A stretch of 64,000 bases of DNA from an uncultured Candidatus Binatia bacterium (lineage in GTDB: Bacteria; Desulfobacterota; Binatia; Bin18): contig OZ241744.1 of the NCBI GenBank assembly GCA_965200965.1, positions 2,208,001 through 2,272,000 of the forward strand, read 5' to 3'. Positions 39,316 through 49,545 of the stretch are shown piece after piece. Both the position numbers and the translations under genes were made by a program. The first letter of the stretch is position 1. Each line of letters opens with the position of its first letter. Under the pieces are notes generated by a model. It saw only the letters and a program-made list of their open reading frames with translations. It made no database searches and was not told the origin of the DNA.

Positions 39316-40023
39316 ATGCGCATCAGACTGCGCTATTTTGCCTCGCTGCGTGAGCGGCTGGGCAAAACCGAAGAAACCCGTGAGATGCCTGACGGCGCAA
39401 GCGTGGGGCAAGTGTGGGAGCGGCTGAGCGACGAGCACCCCGAGTTGGCTGACTTGGCGCATTCGGTCGCCTTTGCCGTGGCCCAGGAATACGTTGACAA
39501 GGATCACCGCCTTCAAGATGATGACGAGATCGCCTGTATTCCGCCGGTGAGTGGAGGCGTCGTGCCGCAAGACCACACCCGCATCCTGGCCAGGATCACC
39601 CAAGACCCCATTGACATGCAGGAGTTGAGCGACTTTGTGGCCGACCCGGGTGCCGGCGCGCTGGCCAGCTTTGTAGGCACAACCCGCAAGACCAACGAGG
39701 GCCGCCAGGTCATCCGCCTGGAGTACGAGTGCTATCCGGGCATGGCTGAAAAAGAAATGGCCAAAATCGGCCGCCAGGTCCTGGCCGGCTGGCCGGTTCT
39801 CAAAATTGCCCTGATTCACCGCCTCGGCAGGGTCGATATCGGCCAGGCCAGCGTGGCGATTGCGGTGTCCTCACCCCACCGCCAGGCAGCGTTTGAGGCC
39901 TGCCAGCACGCCATCAACACCCTCAAAGAGACCGTCCCGATCTGGAAAAAAGAATGCTACGAGGGGGGACAGGTCTGGATCGGCTCCCAGACCGGAAGCC
40001 ACGGCAGGCTGCATAAGGAGTGA
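39316..40023 (+). CDS. moaX: Fused molybdopterin synthase MoaD-MoaE
   Basis: YFASLRE...PPVSGG, then FVGTTR, HRLG, VPIWKKE. Confidence 0.85.
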   Translation: MRIRLRYFASLRERLGKTEETREMPDGASVGQVWERLSDEHPELADLAHSVAFAVAQEYVDKDHRLQDDDEIACIPPVSGGVVPQDHTRILARITQDPIDMQELSDFVADPGAGALASFVGTTRKTNEGRQVIRLEYECYPGMAEKEMAKIGRQVLAGWPVLKIALIHRLGRVDIGQASVAIAVSSPHRQAAFEACQHAINTLKETVPIWKKECYEGGQVWIGSQTGSHGRLHKE

Positions 40024-40117
40024 ATGTGTCGCCTTCTGGTCGATCTGACGACACGTTCATTCCTCCGGGTTGAGCAGCAGGACGGCGACTGACCCCTGCA
40101 ACAGAAGGGAGGAGCGT

Positions 40118-40519
40118 ATGAGCGCAGAGAACGAAAAGAAGGCGACCGATTTCTGCCTGTCTTTGGAGGACGGGGAGTTGGCCAAGAGCGTGCAATATCT
40201 GTCCGAGGATGTGGACTATCATAATCTACCCTGGGAGCCGGTGCGCGGCCACGCCGGGGTGCGCAAGGTGTTGGACAGCTTTGTCGAGGGCGACAACAAC
40301 ATTTTGCAGAAGATGGACATCAAGCGCACCGCCTCGTCGGGCAACACGGTGATGAACGAACGGCTCGAAACCTGGGCGATCGGCACTGTCACCGTCAAGC
40401 TGCCGGTGGTCGGCCTGTTTGAGTTCAACAGCGAGGGCAAAATCTGCCGCTGGCACGACTATTTTGACGCCAAGACCATCGCCCCGCTGACCGACGAGAT
40501 GAAACGAGTCCGGGGCTGA
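40118..40519 (+). CDS. Limonene-1,2-epoxide hydrolase / SnoaL-like protein
   Basis: YHN, NERLE, GKICRWHDYFD. Confidence 0.8.
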   Translation: MSAENEKKATDFCLSLEDGELAKSVQYLSEDVDYHNLPWEPVRGHAGVRKVLDSFVEGDNNILQKMDIKRTASSGNTVMNERLETWAIGTVTVKLPVVGLFEFNSEGKICRWHDYFDAKTIAPLTDEMKRVRG

Positions 40520-40639
40520 GGCTTGGGGCCCCGGCGGCAAGCCGCCGGGGCCCCCGCCTGCTCAATACACATCAGGGCAGCAGGTTCTTCGCATGAGCGT
40601 TTGCACCCATCATCTTTGAGAATGACAGACTTGACGATC

Positions 40640-41104
40640 CTACAGTTTGCCCCGGCTGGCAAAGCGGGCAAACTCCCCCTGGTTGAAGATGTGCTTCAGG
40701 CGGTTCGTGCCGGCCTGCTTGAGCAGCCATTGCCGCGCCCCGGGGGCATACCCGCCGCCGTCGAGCAGGATGATTGTATCATATTCGTCTTGCTGGATAC
40801 TCAACACCTCAAACGGGAACTTCTGATCCACACTCCCCGGTGACGCCTGCCACTTGCATTGGATCACGAGGCAGTGGGGCCAGCGCCGGGGGTGGTAGAG
40901 GATCAGATCAACAAGGCGGCGTTTGCCGTAAATATCCGTGCCGGTTTCGACCTGGCGGGCATAGATGGGCTGCTCCATCTCACGCAGCGGAAAGAACAGC
41001 CGGCGTTCGACCGACTGATAACCTGAGTCGTCCAAGATATGAGCAGCAAACGTTTCGAGCTGGTTGCCGGCGGCGTTGGCCCGCGCCCCTCCTGACTGTG
41101 GCAT
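40640..41104 (-). CDS. PD-(D/E)XK endonuclease paired with the Dam-like MTase
   Basis: VDLIL...IQCKWQASPGSVDQKFP. Confidence 0.72.
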   Translation of the reverse strand: MPQSGGARANAAGNQLETFAAHILDDSGYQSVERRLFFPLREMEQPIYARQVETGTDIYGKRRLVDLILYHPRRWPHCLVIQCKWQASPGSVDQKFPFEVLSIQQDEYDTIILLDGGGYAPGARQWLLKQAGTNRLKHIFNQGEFARFASRGKL

Positions 41105-41105
41105 C

Positions 41106-41937
41106 TCATGCCCCGCAGATCAGCAGTTCCACAACCTTCTCTCTCTTCCCCCCCCCGACAGTTGATCCTGCGCGGGGCCTCAATGGGGACAATCCGAAAC
41201 CCCTGATACAGCTTGCGGATCAGGTCAGTATCGCTGTTCGAGAGAAGGATATGCGCCCCGGCGTCCTGCCAGCGTTGGCAGGCATCGCGCAGCGCCCTCT
41301 GGTCGCTCTCGGTAAACCCTTGGCCGGTATAGCCGCTGAAGGTGGCGTCATAGGGCGGATCGCAATACACGAGGTCGTTGATCGTGGGCTGAATCTGCTC
41401 AAACGATTGCACCCGAAGCCGGGCCTTTTTCAGCACCTCAGCGACGGCCAGGAGGTTGTCCGCATCGCAGATGGTTGGGTTCGTATAGCGCCCGATCGGT
41501 ACGTTAAAACGGTCCTGGCTGTTCACCCGATAGAGGCCGTTGTAGCAGGTCCTGTTGAGGTAGATGAACCGGGCGGCAATGCGTACCGGGTCCTGATAGG
41601 CATGGCCCTCTTCCCGGATTTTCAGATAATAGGCCCGCGCGTGGTGCTGGGCATGCCGCTCCAACTCCGCAATCACAGCCCCCGTATCTTTCTGGAGCAT
41701 CCTATAGGTCAGCATCAGCTCGGGATTGCTGTCCGACAGATGGGCCGCCTGTATCCGGCTATCCAGGGCGAAGAAGACGGCCCCGCCCCCGCAGAACGGC
41801 TCGTAGTAGTCTCTAAACTCAGTGGGGAGATGCCTGACAATCTCCGGGACAATCGCCCGTTTGCCCCCGGCCCACTTGAGGAAGGGCTGGGCTCGGGGGA
41901 GGTCAAGGGAGGGGAAGGACGGCTGTTCGGACATCAT
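41106..41937 (-). CDS. Dam-family DNA adenine methyltransferase (G9 tract shifts the last ~14 codons)
   Basis: FLKWAGGK, EPFCGGGA, YNGLYRVN, DPPY, LSNS. Confidence 0.88.
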
Positions 41938-42123
41938 CTCATGCAGAAGCTGAAAAATGAGTTGTCAAGTTTTTTACTCAAGGCAGGTTCGATAGACAAC
42001 TGTAGGGATGCGGTGTGGACCATACTCCCCCCTCCTTTGCCGCCGGCGCAGTCTGGCACTCTTGTTGTCCGGCTGTCAAGATTGTGTCAGGCTATGTTCC
42101 CGATATCCACAAGGAGGGCAGCT

Positions 42124-42417
42124 ATGGCACGCCGCAGACTCTCAGACGCCGAGATTCAGACCGCCCTGACAAACCGCCCCGGCTGGGCGGTGGTTGAGGG
42201 CAAGCTCCACCGTGAGTACAGGTTTCAGGACTTTGTTCAGGCCTTCGGTTTTATGGCCAGCGCGGCCCTGGTGGCCGAGGCCATGAACCATCATCCCGAG
42301 TGGTTCAACGTCTACAGCACGGTCAGGGTTGAGCTCAACACCCACGACGTGGGCGGCATCAGCCAGCTCGACTTTGACCTGGCCGAAAAAATGGACGCCC
42401 TGGCCGGCCGCCATTGA
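42124..42417 (+). CDS. Pterin-4-alpha-carbinolamine dehydratase, copy 1
   Basis: AEAMNHHPEW, THDVGG. Confidence 0.88.
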   Translation: MARRRLSDAEIQTALTNRPGWAVVEGKLHREYRFQDFVQAFGFMASAALVAEAMNHHPEWFNVYSTVRVELNTHDVGGISQLDFDLAEKMDALAGRH

Positions 42418-42489
42418 TGAACGGGCCGGCGCAGAACTGCGGGGTGGGCTATTACTGCTCGCTCCAGTCAGGACATTCGGCCAAACGTT

Positions 42490-43368
42490 ATGGCAAGACA
42501 CACAGAGAAAGCGTTCAGAGACTACCACGAAGAGGGGCATCTCTGGATAACCTTGTCTACAGGGGAGTACTACCCTGACATCCTGACTCTGGCCTGCGAG
42601 TTATACAAGCCGGTGCTCATAGCATTTGGACAGATGTTGCAGTCTGCCCATTCCTCGACGGACTTGTTTATGGCCATTGGACAAACACAACCGCAGTGGA
42701 TGCGAATACAGCTATGCAGAGTGTTTCGGAAATACGTCAGTCCCGAAACTCCTGTCGAAATGCTCAAAAAGAAAAGCGCTGCGAAGACCATCTGTAAGCG
42801 TTTCGGCAAGGGCTTCCGAAGAATTACCGAAGTACAAGAGCTGTTTCAATCGCGCCCCATGCCCGACGAGGCACTGTGCGCGGTCCTGTGGGAATACAGG
42901 GAGAGAGGCCGGAAGGGCTACGATTTGACCGAACGGTTATTCACAATCATTCGAGAGCGTTTTCCTTCACTTGCAATCACTGGACCGGAGCGTGCGGGGA
43001 GGGATGTGCTACTGGGCGAATTGTTCGGCAATTACCCGAAGCCGGACAGACCTGTGGACTTCGTGCTATCCCACAGAGGTAAGCCGGTGGCAATCGGTCT
43101 TGCGAGATACGATTCTGACAGAGGCGGGGCACAGGAGGATGACAGAACTGGTCAGTACCGAGACTGTGCCGCGGAGATTCTTGACTACGCAAATCAACAC
43201 ACGCTTCCGCTCAAGGTCATCTTCCTGAACGATGGGCCGGGTCTCCTGCTTGGCTCCATGTGGCGGGACTACGCCTCTCTTGAGGAGTCTCGCCCGGGGT
43301 TGATAAAAGTTGTGACGCTCAGAATGATCCCTGAGCGTATAACGTTGAAATGGCTTCTTTCTCAATAG
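42490..43368 (+). CDS. Type II restriction endonuclease (BstEII-like, by recollection)
   Basis: PVDF..ARYDSDRGGAQEDDR; lower GC; adjacent to an MTase. Confidence 0.6.
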   Translation: MARHTEKAFRDYHEEGHLWITLSTGEYYPDILTLACELYKPVLIAFGQMLQSAHSSTDLFMAIGQTQPQWMRIQLCRVFRKYVSPETPVEMLKKKSAAKTICKRFGKGFRRITEVQELFQSRPMPDEALCAVLWEYRERGRKGYDLTERLFTIIRERFPSLAITGPERAGRDVLLGELFGNYPKPDRPVDFVLSHRGKPVAIGLARYDSDRGGAQEDDRTGQYRDCAAEILDYANQHTLPLKVIFLNDGPGLLLGSMWRDYASLEESRPGLIKVVTLRMIPERITLKWLLSQ

Positions 43369-43377
43369 GTTTCTTGC

Positions 43378-44679
43378 ATGGCTACAGGAATTCCAACGAA
43401 GACCAGGGCTGGAGAAAGTCATACCCTTGAGTTGTCCTATCCGGGTAAAAAGAGCGTGTCCACCATACTACGCGCTCGGCCCACGGCCTGTTTTGATGTG
43501 GCGCGAGAAGGTTCTTCTTTGAATCGTCTGTACTGCGGTGACAATCTCACTGGCCTGTACCATCTGATGGAAGAATCTTCCGTTCGGGAAAAAGTTACTT
43601 TGGTGTATATTGACCCCCCTTTCGCTACGAGAGGGACGTTCCTCTCACGCGATCAACACAAAGCGTATGAGGATGATGTTTGTGGTGACGAATATGTAGA
43701 GGCCCTGAGGGAACGGCTTGTACTTCTGAGGAAACTCTTGTCTCCTGAAGGTTCCATCTATCTTCATCTTGATGAGAAGATGCTATTTCACATGAGGCTC
43801 ATTATGGACGAAATTTTCGGCACCGCCAATTATAGAAATCTCATTGTCCGAAAGAAATGCAATCCAAAAAACTACACAAGAAAAGCCTACGGAAACATAG
43901 CTGACTTCATCCTGTTCTATACCAAGAGTGAAGAATATGTATGGAACCGCCCTGTGGAGCCTCTTTCAGAGCAGAGTTCCAAAGAATATCAATATGTCGA
44001 GCCGGATACCGGACGGCGGTTTATGAAAGTACCCATCCATGCGCCCGGAAAACGCAATGGCGCTACCGGGAGACCGTGGCGCGGAAAACTGCCACCACCG
44101 GGAAAGCATTGGCAATACCTCCCAGACACTCTTGATGAAATGGACGCCAAGGGTGAAATTTCCTGGTCTGGCAATGGCAATCCCCGACGGAAGGTATATC
44201 TCGATCAGCATCGCGGTGTTGGTATCCAAGATATTTGGCTGGACTTCAAAGATGCGCACAACCAGAACGTTAAAATCACAGGCTACCCCACGGAAAAGCC
44301 TCCCGATTTGCTGCGCCGGATCATTGAGGCATCTTCTAATCCGGGGGACATAATTCTGGATTGCTACGCCGGTTCAGGAACAACGCTGGACGTTGCAAAC
44401 GAGTTGCGGCGCTACTGGATCGGGATGGACTGGAGCCCCAAGGCGGTCGCTACTACGCTTGATCGATTCAAACATGGCCTGTCGCGTATGGGAGATTACG
44501 TCGAAAAACGGAACGCACCAAGACAAGTTTCGCTATTTGATTCGTTAGAGAAAGGAAAGCACACGCATGAGGATGGCCGCCAGCGAGACCGTTTCTCAAG
44601 CTCGGATTTTTCATTATTGATACAACGAGACAGGAGGGACGATTTTCTCCCAATCGTCGAAAGCATAGACAGCCTCTGA
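43378..44679 (+). CDS. Site-specific DNA methyltransferase (beta class)
   Basis: IDPPF precedes DCYAGSGTT; YPTEKP. Confidence 0.9.
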   Translation: MATGIPTKTRAGESHTLELSYPGKKSVSTILRARPTACFDVAREGSSLNRLYCGDNLTGLYHLMEESSVREKVTLVYIDPPFATRGTFLSRDQHKAYEDDVCGDEYVEALRERLVLLRKLLSPEGSIYLHLDEKMLFHMRLIMDEIFGTANYRNLIVRKKCNPKNYTRKAYGNIADFILFYTKSEEYVWNRPVEPLSEQSSKEYQYVEPDTGRRFMKVPIHAPGKRNGATGRPWRGKLPPPGKHWQYLPDTLDEMDAKGEISWSGNGNPRRKVYLDQHRGVGIQDIWLDFKDAHNQNVKITGYPTEKPPDLLRRIIEASSNPGDIILDCYAGSGTTLDVANELRRYWIGMDWSPKAVATTLDRFKHGLSRMGDYVEKRNAPRQVSLFDSLEKGKHTHEDGRQRDRFSSSDFSLLIQRDRRDDFLPIVESIDSL

Positions 44680-45393
44680 AAGACTATCATACGGTCATCT
44701 GTCGGACGAGCCAATAAGAACTGTTCTAGCTCTCCGTGCTGTGGCTCTCGGTCAGACGCCCGGCAAACGCCCGATGTGGGGCTGTTCCCATGCCCTTTTG
44801 GAGTTGGGCCAGGACCCGCGCCATATCGCCCCGGGGCAGGGCCGGCACGGCCAGGTGCAGGCCGGGGAAAATACGGCTGGGATCACGCCGGAGGAATCCG
44901 GCGGCAGTGCGCGGTAGCCGTCTGCGGTCCAGTGGAACCGGTCAATCCGCCGGTCGTAGACCTGCCGACCAGGTATTCCCGCACGCCGTTGCGGCGGTGG
45001 ATGTGCAGGTCACAGGCGGCGCGGCTGGCGGCAATTTCACCAATGAGTTCGGGCGCGCCTTCAATGTAATCAAATGGAATCATCGGCAATGATTGAGGAC
45101 CGTCCGCCCTGATGTCTTGAACTATATCCATAGCGTCAATTGTCACTACAAATTCAATGAGTTGCCTCTCGCATGGTTAGGGCTGCCCACCGCCGCTGAG
45201 TTCGGGGTTTAGCCGTTGCTCAGCGGTCGGGACACAGCACCTGGCCCTCGGGGCGGCCCAGGCCCGACTCGGCAGGGATGCGGTGTGGACCATACTCCCC
45301 CCTCCTTTGCCGCCGGCGCAGTCTGGCACTCTTGTTGTCCGGCTGTCAAGATTGTGTCAGGCTATGTTCCCGATATCCACAAGGAGGGCAGCT

Positions 45394-45711
45394 ATGGCAC
45401 GCCGCAGACTCTCAGACGCCGAGATTCAGACCGCCCTGACAAACCGCCCCGGCTGGGCGGTGGTTGAGGGCAAGCTCCACCGTGAGTACAGGTTTCAGGA
45501 CTTTGTTCAGGCCTTCGGTTTTATGGCCAGCGCGGCCCTGGTGGCCGAGGCCATGAACCATCATCCCGAGTGGTTCAACGTCTACAGCACGGTCAGGGTT
45601 GAGCTCAACACCCACGACGTGGGCGGCATCAGCCAGCTCGACTTTGACCTGGCCGAAAAAATGGACGCCCTGGCCGGCCAGCAAGCCCAGGAGGCGGGAG
45701 GGAAGATATGA
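45394..45711 (+). CDS. Pterin-4-alpha-carbinolamine dehydratase, copy 2
   Basis: Identical to copy 1 except the last codons. Confidence 0.88.
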   Translation: MARRRLSDAEIQTALTNRPGWAVVEGKLHREYRFQDFVQAFGFMASAALVAEAMNHHPEWFNVYSTVRVELNTHDVGGISQLDFDLAEKMDALAGQQAQEAGGKI

Positions 45712-46643
45712 CCCTGGAAAAAAGCCTGCGGGTCCTGGTGGAAAAGCTCCGCGAGCGCATTGACAATCACGGCAATGCGCTTCGCCAGAGTGAGGCACTG
45801 ACCCGCTATGCGCTGATTGATCCCCTGCTGCGGGAGCTGGATTGGGACACCGCAGATCCCGACTTGGTGATACCTGAGTACAAAACGGATGACGGGTCGG
45901 CAGATTACGCCCTGCTCAGGAATGACGAACCTCTTATGATAGTAGAGGCGAAGAAACTGGGCACATCTCTGCGAGACAGGGTTCTCACTCAAGGGCTTAC
46001 TTACTGCCAAATGCAGGGGACTCGCTACTGCTCTGTCACTGATGGCAGGCGCTGGGAAATCTATGACACCCACAACACCGGTCCCAAAGACGAGAAGCGG
46101 ATAGTTGAGTTCGATCTGAAGAGCGGGTCTGCTGCCGAGGTGAGCCTGAAGGCGCAGGCGTTGTGGAGGAGGAAGATAGAGGCAGGCCACGTTGGCCCTG
46201 ACAAGCCCGGTTTGTTGAACCGGCTCCGCCGGAAAGTCTTGATTCCACAAACTCCGCCGCAGCCTGCCGGTGATGAACATGAATGGCAGCTACTATCGGA
46301 GTTGAAAGAAGGCGGTCCTTGCCCGGTAGAAATCTCTTTCCCCGACGCCTCGGTCGTCCAAGTTACAAAATGGACATCGCTACTGGTCGAAGTCGCGCGT
46401 TGGCTCATAAGCAACAATCACCTCACACCAAGCCAGTGTCCTGTTCAACGGACGCCAGGAGGCGAACGATACATCGTCCATACCGAACCTGTTCATGGGA
46501 CCGGAAAACGGTTTCGTAGCCCCAGCAAAGTGGGGTCATTATATGTTGATCGGTTGAGTGGAGCCAGGAGCGGCCCCGCCTCCCTATCCATCATCAAACA
46601 TGTCGGCCAGGACCCGGCACGATTCAAGGTCCGGTTTTCCTGA
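45708..46643 (+). CDS. HsdR-N-like restriction endonuclease domain protein
   Basis: E..TR..LIDPLL, ADYAL, VEAKK, TDGRRW. Confidence 0.72.
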   Translation: MTLEKSLRVLVEKLRERIDNHGNALRQSEALTRYALIDPLLRELDWDTADPDLVIPEYKTDDGSADYALLRNDEPLMIVEAKKLGTSLRDRVLTQGLTYCQMQGTRYCSVTDGRRWEIYDTHNTGPKDEKRIVEFDLKSGSAAEVSLKAQALWRRKIEAGHVGPDKPGLLNRLRRKVLIPQTPPQPAGDEHEWQLLSELKEGGPCPVEISFPDASVVQVTKWTSLLVEVARWLISNNHLTPSQCPVQRTPGGERYIVHTEPVHGTGKRFRSPSKVGSLYVDRLSGARSGPASLSIIKHVGQDPARFKVRFS

Positions 46644-46820
46644 CAGAAACGCGCGAGGGTGTGTTATCTCTCCGTGCTGTGGCTCTCGGTCAGACGCCCG
46701 GCAAACGCCCGATGTGGGGCTGTTCCCATGCCCTTTTGGAGTTGGGCCAGGACCCGCGCCATATCGCCCCGGAGCAGGGCCGGCACGGCCAGGTGCAGGC
46801 CGGGGAAAATACGGCTGGGA

Positions 46821-47332
46821 TCACGCCGGAGGAATCCGGTGGCAGTGCGCGGTAGCCGTCTGCGGTCCAGTGGAACCGGTCAATCCGCCGGTCGTAGACC
46901 TGCCGACCAAGTATTCCTGTACGCCGTTGCGGCGGTGGATGTGCAGGTCACAGGCGGCGCGGCTGGCGGCAATTTCACCAATGAGTTCGGGCGCGCCTTC
47001 AATGTAATCAAATGGAATCATCGGCAGTGATTGAGGACCGCCCTTGTCCGGTTCCAGGCGGAGCAGGGCGTCCGGCCGCGGTTCGTTGTCCAGGTCAAGG
47101 CGCACGGTGGCGTTGTCGGCCAGATGCACACGGGCGTTACGGCGCTGTACACGCCGAGCCAAGTCATGAGGTGGACGTGGGGTTCGCCATGACCCCTGGC
47201 CCGGACCGGCAAGCTCACATACGCCACCCCCTCTATCAACCCGGCCTTCTTGACATCTGGCCGACGCTCGTAGCGCCGTTCAAACGCGTACCGTGAGAGC
47301 CGGTCGCCATGCTCCAGAGGAACGGGCGGCAT
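46821..47332 (-). pseudogene. Uma2/DUF820 endonuclease pseudogene
   Basis: LEHGDRLSR..FERRY, LIEGV, PDA, GAPELIGEIAAS, GVQEY split across frames. Confidence 0.8.
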
Positions 47333-47334
47333 GC

Positions 47335-48531
47335 TCAGATCACCCCCTCTGCCTCCAGCGCCTTGAGCGCCTCGGCACTCAGGCCGAGCAACTCGTGATA
47401 CACCTCGGCGTTATGCTGGCCGAGGAGCGGGGCGGGTCTGAGTTCGAGCGGGGAGTCGTCCATCTGCACGGCACAGGTCGGCATGGTGAGTTCGCCCCGC
47501 GTCGGGTGCCTGAGTGTTGCCACCATGCCGCGTTCGCGCAGGTGGGGGTCGCTGAGGATGTCCTGGGAATCAAACACCGCGCCGCACGGAATACCGGCCT
47601 CGCCCATTTGGCGCATGACGGTGAACTTGTCGCGCTGCGTGGTCCAGGCGCTGATATACTCGTACACTTCGTCAAAGCGTGCGTTGCGCTCGGAGCGCTT
47701 GGTGTAGCGCGGGTCATCAATCAGGTCATCCCGCTCAATGACCCGCAGCAGGGCCTCCCACATGGCCGAGCTGGTGGCCATCAGGTAGACATAATCGTTG
47801 GGGCCACGGGGATGGCAGGGATAGGTGTCGGTCGGCGCGGCGTGGCTGAGCCGGTTGCCGCTGCGCGGCACTACCGCGCCGGTCTGGAGATGGTGGCGCA
47901 TGGGAACCCGCCCATAGTTCACCATCGCGTCCTGCATGGCCACTTCAACGTGCTGGCCGCGGCCGGTTTTGCCGCGCTGGAGCAGGGCTGACAAGATGCC
48001 GACCGCACAGTGCAGGCCGGTTCCGGTGTCGGCAATCGTCGGCCCCGGCTTGATCGGCGGGCCGTCCGGCAGGCCGGTGATGCTGATCGCCCCGCCGGTT
48101 GCCAGGGCGGCCGAGTTAAAGCTCTTATAGCCGCTCCACGGCCCATAGGTCCCATAGCCCTTGATCGTGGCGTAGATGAGGCGGGGGTTGATCGTGCGCA
48201 GGGTCTGGTAGCCAAGCCCCAAGGCTTCCATTGTGCCCAGCGAAAAATTTTCGATCACAATATCGACCTGCTGGGCGAGGGAGCGGAACAGGTCTGCGCC
48301 CCGCTCGGATTTGAGATCGAGGGTGACGCTGCGTTTGTTGGCGTTCAGCAACACAAACAGATACGAGTCCACATCCGGCTTGTCACGCACAAAACTGCGG
48401 CCCGGCTCCCCCGTGCCCGGCGGCTCAAGTTTGATGACATCGGCCCCTAAAAAGGCCAGCAACTCGGTGCAGGCCGGCCCAGCTTCGTAGTGGGTCAAAT
48501 CGAGAATGCGAATATGGTTGAGTGCCGACAT
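47335..48531 (-). CDS. Formyl-CoA transferase-like class III CoA-transferase
   Basis: DLTHYEAGPACT, NANKRSVTLDLK. Confidence 0.9.
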   Translation of the reverse strand: MSALNHIRILDLTHYEAGPACTELLAFLGADVIKLEPPGTGEPGRSFVRDKPDVDSYLFVLLNANKRSVTLDLKSERGADLFRSLAQQVDIVIENFSLGTMEALGLGYQTLRTINPRLIYATIKGYGTYGPWSGYKSFNSAALATGGAISITGLPDGPPIKPGPTIADTGTGLHCAVGILSALLQRGKTGRGQHVEVAMQDAMVNYGRVPMRHHLQTGAVVPRSGNRLSHAAPTDTYPCHPRGPNDYVYLMATSSAMWEALLRVIERDDLIDDPRYTKRSERNARFDEVYEYISAWTTQRDKFTVMRQMGEAGIPCGAVFDSQDILSDPHLRERGMVATLRHPTRGELTMPTCAVQMDDSPLELRPAPLLGQHNAEVYHELLGLSAEALKALEAEGVI

Positions 48532-48649
48532 GGGGCGTCCTCCTGCCGCGGGTGCTTCGGGCCAGTCTAGCACCGGGCTGCCACACTTGCAAAAGAACGC
48601 GCTCAGGGAAATAATCAGCGTCAGACAGGCTCAGCGAAGGAGGCACCCC

Positions 48650-49513
48650 GTGGCCCAGCCCAAATACAACCGCAAGACGCAAGACATTGGCAATATCCTC
48701 GGCCTGGAGCATGTCAATGTGACGGTTCCTGACCAGGAGTTGGCGCTGCGCTTCTACGTCTCAGGACTCGGCCTGACCCGCGATCCGTATATGATGGTCG
48801 GGCCTGAAAACATGTGGGTCAATGTTGGCGGTCAACAGTTTCATCTGCCCACCCGCGACCCACAGGTGTTGACCGGCTGCATCGGTCTGGTGGTTGCTGA
48901 CCGTGACGCGCTGCAACGGCGGCTCAGCCGGCTTGAAGACAAACTGGCCGGAACGGCCTTTGGCTGGACGGCCAAAAAAGATCACATTGCCGTGACCTGT
49001 CCGTGGGGAAATCAGCTCCGCTGTCACGCTCCCGGTCCGCAGTTTGGCGGGATGAGCCTGGGCATGCCCTATGTGGAGGTGTTGGTCAAACCCAGAACCG
49101 CCCGAGGCATTGCCGACTTCTACCGCACGGTCATGCACGCCCCGGCGACGGTGGTCAAAGACGGACAGAGCACGCTGGCCGAGGTCGGCCTCGGCTGCTC
49201 CCAGGTCCTGCGTTTCCGGGAAACCGACCGGCCCTTGCCCGATTATGACGGGCATCATATCGCCATCTATGTGGCCGACTTTTCCGGCCCCCACGCCTTC
49301 CTGAAGCGTCAGAAGCTGATCACCGAGGAATCCAGCGACTATCAGTACCGATTTCAGGCTATTGTGAATCCCAGAACGGGCAAACTCTTGTGCGAACTTG
49401 AGCACGAGGTCCGCAGCCTGTATCACCCGATGTACGGCCGTGAGCTGGTCAACCGGAACTCGGCCCAGAATATCTTTGCCTACGCGCGTGGACGGGACGC
49501 TTTTGTGCAGTAA
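48650..49513 (+). CDS. Glyoxalase/VOC-like protein
   Basis: LEHVNV, QFHLP, HHIAIY; RBS AGGAGG. Confidence 0.7.
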   Translation: MAQPKYNRKTQDIGNILGLEHVNVTVPDQELALRFYVSGLGLTRDPYMMVGPENMWVNVGGQQFHLPTRDPQVLTGCIGLVVADRDALQRRLSRLEDKLAGTAFGWTAKKDHIAVTCPWGNQLRCHAPGPQFGGMSLGMPYVEVLVKPRTARGIADFYRTVMHAPATVVKDGQSTLAEVGLGCSQVLRFRETDRPLPDYDGHHIAIYVADFSGPHAFLKRQKLITEESSDYQYRFQAIVNPRTGKLLCELEHEVRSLYHPMYGRELVNRNSAQNIFAYARGRDAFVQ

Positions 49514-49545
49514 GGGCCCATCGGGCCAGGGTGGCCGGGGGAACA

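Larger units (their letters stand above)
42004..45679. repeat. 406-bp direct repeat A (42004-42409 and 45274-45679)
   Basis: Sequence appears identical, offset 3270; contains the PCD gene and its upstream region. Confidence 0.95.
44730..47040. repeat. About 373-bp direct repeat B (44730-45102 and 46668-47040), Uma2 3' fragment
   Basis: Near-identical with a few SNPs, offset 1938. Confidence 0.93.

Noticed and set aside
40774-42417. 547-aa ORF ending in the PCD domain
   Set aside because: Antisense shadow of the Dam-like gene; the real PCD starts at 42124 after an RBS
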